Below, one piece after another: positions 55,923 to 64,000 of a stretch of 64,000 bases of DNA. Origin of the DNA: a virus; IMG/VR virus record IMGVR_UViG_3300031539_000009, positions 18,157-82,156 of that record; one strand, 5' to 3'. The notes under the pieces were generated by a model. That model was not told the origin of the DNA, ran no database searches, and saw only the letters and a program-made list of their open reading frames with translations. A program made the translations under genes and the position numbers. Each line of letters opens with the position of its first letter. Positions within the stretch are counted from its first letter, which is position 1.

Positions 55923-57617
55923 TTATATTGTGATCAAGTCAGTCAGCTTTGCTGTGGGTTGGTCCGGGACAGTGAATGTTTCATCCAGCCCCGCTTCTAT
56001 GCACACCACCCGAACTTTGGCCCCTCTGGCCAATGCCACTGTGAATTCGCCGGTGAGGTGATCAGGTTTGGCAACCACTTCCGGCCTTGTTATGATGCTT
56101 GGGTCCGGCCCCGCCGCCTCTGGCAACACCGCTTCAAACACCACCTCAACCCGGTTGGCATTCTCGGTGGTCAACCCCAAGTCATTTACCTTCCCCCACA
56201 CATTACACAAATTGAGATCACTCGGATATGGGACAATCTTGTAACCGAACTGTCCATCACCGATGGTGTCCATGTCATATCCGCCCCGATCCAAAATGTC
56301 ATTGGGATAGATTGGATCATCTGTGGGCCTGTACTCGGAAAATGGATTGAAAGGAATCACTGGCGGATACGCAATCATCCCAAAATCACTCTGTCTGGCA
56401 GCCATCATCGCCTTGTATTCATCATCCGCCCCATACCAGGTGTATTCATCGATGGTCCCCGGATTCTCAATGTGTTCCACCAGGTAGTCAGCCACATCAG
56501 GTTTGACCTCAACACCCCGTCTGCGGCTGTTAAGATATCCTGAACGCTGTTCGTTGGGTGTGAGTGCTCCCCAATACGATGTCATAATTGAACTGAACTC
56601 TGGGCTGCCTTGTTCCGACAAGTATGAATAGACCTCATACAACTCAGCCAGCGACAATTGCGCAAGGCTGTATCCGATCATCTCAGGACTTTCGATGGCA
56701 ATCCCATATTCCGTGTAAATGAACTCAACGGTATTTTGCCACGCTTCCGTGTCCCAATATTTGGTCCCCCAGGCCTCCAAAGTCAAACTGAACAACGCGA
56801 CCGTGTACAGATTCCGCTTGGCCATGTTGCCGATCACCAAGTTGTTGTCCCATATTTCATTGATGCTATTCAGGAAAGTATTGTCCAAGAACCGATTGGG
56901 GACTGCTCCTGCAATCAACGCCTCAAACGATGCGCCGCCGCTTTCAGCAGATGCTTTGATCAAGTCTTCATCCTCGCAATAGATTCCGACCGATCCGCCC
57001 AGGAATATGTTGCGTCCAAAAATGCTTTGCCCAACACTCCTAAGCACCACGCCATAATCGCTGAATCCCATCGATGATTCAACCAACTTGATCGGACCGC
57101 CGCCCCGCCAATAAAGACCAACTTGAGGTGGTTTGAAAATCCCGCCCAAAACGCACCTGTACAGCGTCAACCCGTTGGCATCATAAGGAACAGGGTTGTC
57201 ATTCCATACAGGATACGGTCCAGAATTGTCCAACATATTCCCGGTCGCATCCGAAAAATCAGCCGATGTGTCCAAGTTGGTGATTGTTTCAACCGTGATT
57301 CCCGCCAACATCACACCCGGTTGACGGATGTGTATGGCCTGAAATGCCTGTAATCCCCTTGCGCCGCCCTCATCATTGTCACCGTTGTAAATGAGGATAT
57401 CCGGCACATTGACGTCAACCACTTCGCCCGCAGACCTCTTTGACTTGATGCAGATGGCATCCTTGCGGTCAACATTGTCCACAGCGTGTTGGAGTGTCCT
57501 CCAAGGGGCTGCGCTTCCGCCCGGATTGCTATCATCACCAAACAAGCTGCTCACATAGAACGTCCTGTATGGATTGAAGCTGTTGACCACATCCCAGTAT
57601 CTGCTAAACTGCGACAT
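55923..57617 (-). CDS. right-handed beta-helix-like putative virion protein
   Basis: FYVSSLFGDDSNPG...PWRTLQHAV is typical of pectin-lyase-fold N-termini. Confidence 0.6.
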   Translation of the reverse strand: MSQFSRYWDVVNSFNPYRTFYVSSLFGDDSNPGGSAAPWRTLQHAVDNVDRKDAICIKSKRSAGEVVDVNVPDILIYNGDNDEGGARGLQAFQAIHIRQPGVMLAGITVETITNLDTSADFSDATGNMLDNSGPYPVWNDNPVPYDANGLTLYRCVLGGIFKPPQVGLYWRGGGPIKLVESSMGFSDYGVVLRSVGQSIFGRNIFLGGSVGIYCEDEDLIKASAESGGASFEALIAGAVPNRFLDNTFLNSINEIWDNNLVIGNMAKRNLYTVALFSLTLEAWGTKYWDTEAWQNTVEFIYTEYGIAIESPEMIGYSLAQLSLAELYEVYSYLSEQGSPEFSSIMTSYWGALTPNEQRSGYLNSRRRGVEVKPDVADYLVEHIENPGTIDEYTWYGADDEYKAMMAARQSDFGMIAYPPVIPFNPFSEYRPTDDPIYPNDILDRGGYDMDTIGDGQFGYKIVPYPSDLNLCNVWGKVNDLGLTTENANRVEVVFEAVLPEAAGPDPSIITRPEVVAKPDHLTGEFTVALARGAKVRVVCIEAGLDETFTVPDQPTAKLTDLITI

Positions 57618-58221
57618 TGTTCGCAACCCCCTTGGTGGCCTTAAATCTGAAACTGCGAACCACAGACATGAACGCAATACGCTTCCGGCCAGCCTGATTT
57701 GCTGCCTGGGACACAACCGGATTGGGGTGCTCCCGATATTCCTTGAAGTTGTGCGGCAATTGGACCGTCAACAGGACTTCAGCCCCGACTCTGGCTTGAT
57801 CCGGGTCATTGAAATCCAGCTTACTCAACATGGCCTTTCGGAAGCGGTCATCAACCCTTGTGTTCTGGCTGAAGTGTGTCCAACCGCCAATGTGCTTCAA
57901 ATCGTTGATTGCCGCCGTTGTGACTCGATTCACATTGGACAAAGGCAGATTTGAAAATTCAATCGCCCTGGCCGCCGCCTTGGTCAAAAAATACTCGTCA
58001 GCCGGTCCCTCAGCCGCAAGCATCTCGATGAGTGCCTGCTCCATGTCCGCCGGTTCAAGCCCCTCAACCCTCATCGTGTTGAATCCAATTGCCTCAGCGC
58101 ATGCTTTAGCCTCTTTGTATTCAACCCCGACTCTGGCCCCAAGAGCAGCCACCTGCGGATTAGATGATGCGCTGAGGATGGCCGCCGCCCGGTCCAGCTT
58201 CTCATCCTGTGTTAGACTCAT
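57604..58221 (-). CDS. hypothetical protein
   Basis: Coupled ORF. Confidence 0.55.
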   Translation of the reverse strand: MSLTQDEKLDRAAAILSASSNPQVAALGARVGVEYKEAKACAEAIGFNTMRVEGLEPADMEQALIEMLAAEGPADEYFLTKAAARAIEFSNLPLSNVNRVTTAAINDLKHIGGWTHFSQNTRVDDRFRKAMLSKLDFNDPDQARVGAEVLLTVQLPHNFKEYREHPNPVVSQAANQAGRKRIAFMSVVRSFRFKATKGVANNVAV

Positions 58222-58376
58222 CACGCCACCTCACGCTCATCTTCAATTACAAAATCCCTGATGGTGTGCGCCTCACAGCCGGTGGGCACCCAATTCTCAT
58301 CCAGGGTTGATTGCGTGGTCCGCTTGAACTCTTGTTCATCTTCGCAGTACACACGCACGTCATATTCTTTGGCCAT
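58221..58376 (-). CDS. 51-aa hypothetical protein
   Basis: Not in the ORF track. MAKEYDVRVYCEDEQEFKRTTQSTLDENWVPTGCEAHTIRDFVIEDEREVA fills the gap exactly, with TGATG overlaps at both ends. Confidence 0.7.
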   Translation of the reverse strand: MAKEYDVRVYCEDEQEFKRTTQSTLDENWVPTGCEAHTIRDFVIEDEREVA

Positions 58377-59062
58377 CAGTACACCTCCAACTTGACGTTG
58401 TACAGGTCAAAATCCCCGGTCCCGTCTGTGTAGAACTGTGCTTCAATCACGCAAAGCCCTTCCGTGGGAAAACTGCTGAGTGTTATCTTCTTGGGAGTGG
58501 CCACCGCTTCTGTGAAATCAATCACTCCCAATACATGGTCATTGGTCACATCATACAACTTAACAGTCCCGGTCCCGCCATTGCGTTGCTTCCCCAAGGC
58601 CATCGCCCGAACTGCCACCCCTTCAGGGTACAAGTCAGCGTCAACCGGAATCGGGTCAGCAACCTGCGGTGTGGAATCACTTTTGGTTTGCTTTCGGCTC
58701 ACGATTGATATGGTGTCAACGACCAGCGATGTGCTCTGCTTGCCAACGATCTTTCCGCTATCGCAACTGGGGCAATTGCTCGGTGGTGTGTCATCCAAGT
58801 CCAAGGTGTAACCATCCTCACCGCAATTAAGACACTTGTAGTCATGGCGCACCATAGGCTCACCGGAGTGAGCAGCCACCATTCCGGCCAAGGCATCGGA
58901 ATCCTCTTGCGATAAACTTTCATCAAAGACCACAGCCAATTGATCCGGCTCTGTGAACTCTATCCTGACCAGACCAGTCTCAATCCCAACGGTAGCAAGC
59001 TCATATTTGAACCTGCTAGGATTGTATTGCGCCTTGGTATATTCGTATGCTTGCTCACCCAT
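58376..59062 (-). CDS. hypothetical protein with a zinc ribbon
   Basis: CLNC...CPSC. Confidence 0.6.
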   Translation of the reverse strand: MGEQAYEYTKAQYNPSRFKYELATVGIETGLVRIEFTEPDQLAVVFDESLSQEDSDALAGMVAAHSGEPMVRHDYKCLNCGEDGYTLDLDDTPPSNCPSCDSGKIVGKQSTSLVVDTISIVSRKQTKSDSTPQVADPIPVDADLYPEGVAVRAMALGKQRNGGTGTVKLYDVTNDHVLGVIDFTEAVATPKKITLSSFPTEGLCVIEAQFYTDGTGDFDLYNVKLEVY

Positions 59063-59075
59063 GATTTTCCCCTAA

Positions 59076-59756
59076 TTAGTGACCATACACCCAACCGGCC
59101 AATCCGACCTTCACCAGCATCTGGGTGTCCACGTCCACCTTGAACTGGATGGTCTTGCCGTCATCTCCGAACTTGACCTCAACCGTCCTGGTGAACCAAC
59201 GCCCGGACACTTGTGGCGCAACCAACTTCGCCTGGCTGAGTGCTGTTTCCCCCGGTCGCCGGAACATAGCAAACACCTGGTCAGCAGCAGGCACCGTCCC
59301 CATTTCCTTGACGTGCACCTCCATCCTGATCCCGGTCGCCCCGGCTGGAATGTCCACGGACCCTGAAATGTCAAAGTTGGACCAGTCCACATCACCGTTG
59401 AACGTCTGCTCCTGAAGCCACGTGGGCGATGTTACACAGGCAGAGTGAGCGGACAGGCGAACCACAGCCCGCTTGTCAATGGCTTCCACCACTTCGCTGC
59501 CGTCTGTGGTGATCTCCCACAACGGCTTGCCATGGTCTGGACATCCGGTTGTATTGGCCTCAATCGTGGCACCTCCCACCACTACATAAATGTAATTGGT
59601 GGCACTGGCAACCAGGGTCAAGACCGCCGGTGGAATGACAACCGGATTGTTCTGAACGTCCAGGATGGCCCCTTGAATTTTCACATCCAGCCCATCCTGC
59701 TTCAGCAAGGCAAAGGCTGTTTGTTGTGTGACGTCTTTCCTTCCGAACTTACCCAT
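59076..59756 (-). CDS. hypothetical beta-rich protein (fibre-like)
   Basis: TNYIYV...PLWEITTDGS...DKR pattern and IPAGAT. Confidence 0.55.
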   Translation of the reverse strand: MGKFGRKDVTQQTAFALLKQDGLDVKIQGAILDVQNNPVVIPPAVLTLVASATNYIYVVVGGATIEANTTGCPDHGKPLWEITTDGSEVVEAIDKRAVVRLSAHSACVTSPTWLQEQTFNGDVDWSNFDISGSVDIPAGATGIRMEVHVKEMGTVPAADQVFAMFRRPGETALSQAKLVAPQVSGRWFTRTVEVKFGDDGKTIQFKVDVDTQMLVKVGLAGWVYGH

Positions 59757-59767
59757 GTCAAACCCCC

Positions 59768-62491
59768 TTAATCATTCCACATCAGCGCACTGTTGGTAAT
59801 CCTCAACCGGCCTTTGGCGCAAATCCTCATTCGCATGTACGGATAGTCAGTGGCTGTGATGACGCTGTCCAACCATTCGCCCAACATCCCATCCCCTGGA
59901 TTCTGGTGTCCGGCCTGTCCCGACTGATGTTCATAAGGCCACAAGCCCAGGAAGCACCTGGCAGTTGTCAACGGTGTTGCGAACCTTTGCCATTGGAACA
60001 AAAGGCCGCTGGTGGTGGCAACACTCCAATCCTGCCTGAAGATGCTTTTCAGATTGTATCCGCTGTGGGAAAGCATCTGTCCAACGACATCTGTGGTTTG
60101 CCGGAAAGCATCGGTGACAATGACTCCAGGCATTCCTTTTTCAAGATTATTGAACAGAACCGTCCCCTGCGTATATCTGAAATTGGCATATATTCTGATC
60201 TGTTGCACATTGGCAAAATTGAAATCATCAGGATTCCCGTGTGTCCCGCCCGGCAACGATGTTCCCCAGGTGATCCCATCCGACACAAACCAAACCAGTG
60301 ACTTCCACTTTCCGCCGTCTGCGTTGAATATTCCATTTTCGGAATCGCCCACGCCGCCAACAACAGGTGATCTTGGGCCATCCATCCAGATCCAGCGGGT
60401 GCCATCATACATCATCAAGATGCAGTTGATGCCATTGCCCGGAGTGAACCCAGTTTCCAACTTCACCTTGACGTGGAAGGCAATTGGATCAACTCCAAAA
60501 TTCCACGACCCGGTTTTGTAGATTCCTGTGCTGTTAGCAAAATCAACCCGGACCGCATCACCACCGTTCAGGCCCAAACCGGAAGCCAGCGTGGGAGCAG
60601 TGCCTGCGACCGCTGTCCACCCTGTCAGCGTGTCCATCTGATCGATGACAGTTTGCGCCGTCCAAACTTCATCCTTGTGAACGTGAATGTCATCAATCTG
60701 GTATTGTCCGCTATTCACCAAAGTGACGGACAACCGGAAGCGGATTGCGGTGATGTTATTCCAATTGAAGCCAGCCACAGGCAAGGTGAAATTGCCGATG
60801 ACATATGTTTTCTCATCCCAACCCCCAGACGGTGTATCAGAGAATGTCGGACCGTTTGCAACCTTCCCCGTCCCGTCAATCAACTGAATGTACAGATCAG
60901 TTGCGATTGACCCAACAAACTTGGTGCTGAAAGAAAAGTAGTTCATGTCTCTGAGCCGGAGTGGAGTGGAAAAAGATCGTGTGCAATATCCGTCGTCTGA
61001 ATTGGCGCCAAAGCCAAACGTCATATATTTGCCGCCGTCGCTGCCGCCACTCGGACCCAAATTCAAAACCATTCCCGCCCCGACCAAAGACCAAACAGCC
61101 GTCAACGCTGCGACATCAGCGTATTGATCGAAGTTGTCTGCCACCTGGTCATCATGCAAATCAACGTAACCTGCGTCATAATCAGGCTGGATTCCGTTGC
61201 AGTTGGCCACGTCAATCCCAACTGCGTCATCATACCCTTCAACATAGAATCCTCTGTAATCCTGATAGCTGAGTTGCAACTCCAGCTTGACCTGCGATGC
61301 GATGAGCATGGAATTGTATTCTGTCTGCTTCAACCCGGCATTGAGAACTCCCATGCCCCAATCAACAGTGGCCGGTGATCCTTGGTCTGTGACCGCCGAC
61401 TGAAGGATGCTGTCACCGTCGTTGTTTGCGCCATTCTCATTCGACAATATGTATGAATCACTGTAGTCAACGAACGTCCCGTTGAGCCAGTAATTGATGT
61501 TGCTGTCAAGGTGGATGATCCTGGGCCCAGGGCCAAAAGCACAATTGGTGAAGTAGTGACAGTTGACCGCTGATGGAATTGTTCCGTTCACATGATGGAT
61601 GTTACCGTATGAACTTGACTTCCCATAAGCCCAGAAAGAACTGTTTTGCCAATCACACTCCCAATGGCCGCTCAGGTTGACAACGCCATAAGTGGCCAGA
61701 CACTTGGTGTAGATGTTCCGGCCCCAGATGCGGCTGCTCTGCCCCCACACGCCGTCATCCCCCTCGATGAACGCCCTGCGTGAATAATAGTTTCCAATGC
61801 GCATCTCCCAGGTGATCCCGTCGAACATGACCTGCGATCCGCTTGTCAACTTGAACACGCTATATGCGATGGTGTTGCCTGCCGGCCTGAAGTTGAATCC
61901 CTTGATCCACAGCGGGTTGGTAGCCTGTCCCGCACTGTTGATCTTGAAGATGTGGTCTGCCGGAGTGGCCGCCCCGGTAAAAATCGCCCCCGGCTCAAAT
62001 TCCAGCGTCAACGGATAGTTGCTGCCGGGAATGACAACGCCCTCTTCAGTGTATATTCCCTTTTTGAACCGGACCGTCACCGGACCCACCGCCGCCAAAG
62101 CAATCGCCTTGGTGATTCCATTCGCCACGGTGTTGTACTGATTGAACGTGTCACTGTCAGCCGGATAGCTTTGGTCAATCACGACTTCAGCGGACACAAC
62201 CTGCGGCCAAGCCAAAGCAGCTATTCCGCCGGTGACATCGATGTCAACGCCATTTCCCAGATAGTCCAGGATGCTGGCGTCATCGACTCGCACCCCGTCC
62301 TTGTCTATCTCCAAGACCCCGGAAGCACCGCCCACATTGAGCTTCGCCTCCAGCCCGTCCATGACGACCTGCGCACCAGCCCCGACCACATTCAAGGTTG
62401 TGCTTGAGCCTACAACAGCCCCTTCATCCTTGAAGTTGAGGCCACTGGCTCCACCGCCACCACCATCACCCGCTCCACCATGGCTTGACAT
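59768..62491 (-). CDS. large beta-helix / carbohydrate-binding-like putative virion appendage
   Basis: DEG...TLNVVGAG N-terminal repeats, a beta-helix-like middle, and two jelly-roll-like repeats ending FNWNNITAIRF and FNFANVQQIRI. Confidence 0.6.
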   Translation of the reverse strand: MSSHGGAGDGGGGGASGLNFKDEGAVVGSSTTLNVVGAGAQVVMDGLEAKLNVGGASGVLEIDKDGVRVDDASILDYLGNGVDIDVTGGIAALAWPQVVSAEVVIDQSYPADSDTFNQYNTVANGITKAIALAAVGPVTVRFKKGIYTEEGVVIPGSNYPLTLEFEPGAIFTGAATPADHIFKINSAGQATNPLWIKGFNFRPAGNTIAYSVFKLTSGSQVMFDGITWEMRIGNYYSRRAFIEGDDGVWGQSSRIWGRNIYTKCLATYGVVNLSGHWECDWQNSSFWAYGKSSSYGNIHHVNGTIPSAVNCHYFTNCAFGPGPRIIHLDSNINYWLNGTFVDYSDSYILSNENGANNDGDSILQSAVTDQGSPATVDWGMGVLNAGLKQTEYNSMLIASQVKLELQLSYQDYRGFYVEGYDDAVGIDVANCNGIQPDYDAGYVDLHDDQVADNFDQYADVAALTAVWSLVGAGMVLNLGPSGGSDGGKYMTFGFGANSDDGYCTRSFSTPLRLRDMNYFSFSTKFVGSIATDLYIQLIDGTGKVANGPTFSDTPSGGWDEKTYVIGNFTLPVAGFNWNNITAIRFRLSVTLVNSGQYQIDDIHVHKDEVWTAQTVIDQMDTLTGWTAVAGTAPTLASGLGLNGGDAVRVDFANSTGIYKTGSWNFGVDPIAFHVKVKLETGFTPGNGINCILMMYDGTRWIWMDGPRSPVVGGVGDSENGIFNADGGKWKSLVWFVSDGITWGTSLPGGTHGNPDDFNFANVQQIRIYANFRYTQGTVLFNNLEKGMPGVIVTDAFRQTTDVVGQMLSHSGYNLKSIFRQDWSVATTSGLLFQWQRFATPLTTARCFLGLWPYEHQSGQAGHQNPGDGMLGEWLDSVITATDYPYMRMRICAKGRLRITNSALMWND

Positions 62492-62787
62492 TATGACGAC
62501 CTCCAAGCCTCAATCTGGACGATTCCCCCGGCCCCGGCTGCCTGAATTGAAATGTGCTTGTGCGAAATGTCATCCCGCACTTCACCGCCATCCAGGACCG
62601 TAATGGACCCGTGGATGTTCTGCCCTTTGTCAAAGCTGAACACCAGGTCGGATGACCCCCTGTTGAGGATCATGATATGGGACATTGTCCCGCCCATGTC
62701 CAGGTGAAGCCAATCTGGCGCAGCTGGCACCGCCTCATTCTTGTAATAATCTTTTGTCGGTGCGTTTTGGCTTGATCCCATAATCAA
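62491..62787 (-). CDS. hypothetical protein
   Basis: TAATG-coupled to the downstream gene. Confidence 0.55.
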   Translation of the reverse strand: MIMGSSQNAPTKDYYKNEAVPAAPDWLHLDMGGTMSHIMILNRGSSDLVFSFDKGQNIHGSITVLDGGEVRDDISHKHISIQAAGAGGIVQIEAWRSS

Positions 62788-62792
62788 CCCCC

Positions 62793-63599
62793 TTATGATC
62801 CTGTCAATTGTTTCGGTTCAACGACTTCAGCGTCAATGATTCCCTCATCGACCAGCTCATTGATTTCCTGCATCTCAAGCATAATGCTCCGGGCAATGTC
62901 CAGATCAGTCATATTCCGAACGTCCAGCGAACCAATGAACTCAATCCGCTTCGCCCGCTTCTCAATCACTCCCATATCCTGTCCCTTGGAAATGATCTTG
63001 TCCAATATCTCAGACTTGGCTTTCACAGCCCCGACAAGCGCATTGTGTTGCTTCGATGTCTTGAAGCCATCGATCATTTTCTGCAACTCCAGCACGCATG
63101 ATTTCTGCTCTAACACATAATGGGCATACACCTGAAATGTCGTCTGCTTCTGAAGCTGTTCAATCAGCCGGTCCATCACGCCGGTCTGCAGCTTCCGATA
63201 TTCCGGCAACCCAATTCCCAATTCCTTGGTTGCCTGTTCATCCGTCAGACCTCGCATGATCGTGTCTTGAACCAGGTCCAACATGACTCTGTGATTGGCC
63301 GCCGTCCTCATCTTTGAATCCGGCTCAACCTGAGGCACCTTGGCTGGCAGACCTCGTGCCTGACGCAACTCATGCGGCCTCACCGTATTGTCCACAACGA
63401 CCTTTTTGCGCTTGGGTGTGGCCTTCGGTGCATCTTTTTTATCTGCGTTGGCAGGTGGTGTGCTCTGCTTTGCCGGTGCCCTGGTTATGGACGCAACCGC
63501 TGTGGCAATATCTTCTGACGGCGCAACCAATTGATTCTTGATCACTTGACCGCCGCCCCGCTGAATGGCTCGCACATCGTCTTTGACCTTTGACGTCAT
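62793..63599 (-). CDS. terminase small subunit-like protein (putative)
   Basis: HTH-like RGLTDEQATKELGI, a helical core and a C-terminal IIDAEVVEPKQLT. Start at ATGA overlap at 63599. Confidence 0.5.
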   Translation of the reverse strand: MTSKVKDDVRAIQRGGGQVIKNQLVAPSEDIATAVASITRAPAKQSTPPANADKKDAPKATPKRKKVVVDNTVRPHELRQARGLPAKVPQVEPDSKMRTAANHRVMLDLVQDTIMRGLTDEQATKELGIGLPEYRKLQTGVMDRLIEQLQKQTTFQVYAHYVLEQKSCVLELQKMIDGFKTSKQHNALVGAVKAKSEILDKIISKGQDMGVIEKRAKRIEFIGSLDVRNMTDLDIARSIMLEMQEINELVDEGIIDAEVVEPKQLTGS

Positions 63600-64000
63600 G
63601 CCGTGCACCCCTCTGTCCCGAACCTCAAACCATCCAACCACAAATTGAGAACGCTTCCCCCGGTCCTCAAACCAGGTGGACATGCTCCATTCTGCTTTTT
63701 GTGTGTTGTGCGGGAGATGTTTTGGCCCCACCGCCAGGGAGTGCCGATGACAAAATGGTATGCCTTGGCCGCCTTCACCGACACACGGTGGGACCATGGA
63801 GGTGGCGGCCAAACTTTCCCGGTGCTTTCAAGGCTCAAGCCCAGGCAAGTAGCAAACCCGGACTTGAGCCTGTAGCAAAGAATCCCAGACCTCAGCCTGA
63901 GCCTTGAAATCACCGTGCTTACCTTTCCATTCAACTTGGAACCTATTTGTTCAAGATGGTATATTGTAGAATTTTTTGGCCGCACATACAAGTGCCCAGC
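63596..64000 (-). CDS. hypothetical protein (5' end off the window)
   Basis: The frame is open to the window edge and its stop overlaps the next ATG (ATGA). Confidence 0.35.
   Translation of the reverse strand, partial: AGHLYVRPKNSTIYHLEQIGSKLNGKVSTVISRLRLRSGILCYRLKSGFATCLGLSLESTGKVWPPPPWSHRVSVKAAKAYHFVIGTPWRWGQNISRTTHKKQNGACPPGLRTGGSVLNLWLDGLRFGTEGCTA

Noticed and set aside
11-63907. Numerous plus-strand ORFs in the six-frame track (for example 9867-10634, 14904-15761, 37832-38773, 47033-48271)
   Set aside because: They are antisense shadows of well-supported minus-strand genes, with no motifs and low-complexity translations.
1-64000. Low CTAG frequency; tRNA genes, integrase, CRISPR array, alternative genetic code
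   Set aside because: CTAG scarcity is generic in prokaryotic DNA and several copies exist. No tRNA, integrase or CRISPR pattern was recognised. Genes are full length under the standard code.

Overview
The window is a 64-kb slice of a large tailed dsDNA phage with a contractile (myovirus-type) tail. Every credible gene lies on the minus strand. In transcription order (right to left) it holds: a probable small terminase; a cassette of beta-rich/adhesin-like genes; large terminase; portal; a MuF minor head protein fused to a HipA/PI3K-like kinase; an XkdF-type prohead protease fused to a LigD-phosphoesterase-like domain; scaffold, major capsid, neck, sheath, tube, tail chaperones (with a -1 slippery site), tape measure, baseplate and fibre; a lysis cassette with a CHAP endolysin; a replication module (SF2 helicase, putative initiator, DnaC-like loader, DnaB-like helicase, primase); an early region driven by three sigma70-type promoters (CobS-like AAA+ with a Zn finger, CobT-like vWA, bL12-like protein, sigma factor, histone-H1-like protein); and finally a tightly coupled operon of FAD oxidoreductase, NTP-pyrophosphatase/HAD fusion, divergent ThyX, class-III aminotransferase, dNMP kinase, DnaE and HU. 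That last operon is the best candidate for an undescribed system: a precursor-level DNA base modification pathway, possibly making an aminated pyrimidine. Other notable signals are a repeated TGCA-N8-TGCA element upstream of replication and nucleotide genes, apparent absence of CGCG, and a domain shared between the baseplate wedge and the tail fibre. All functional calls come from motif recognition by eye; no database searches or counts were run.
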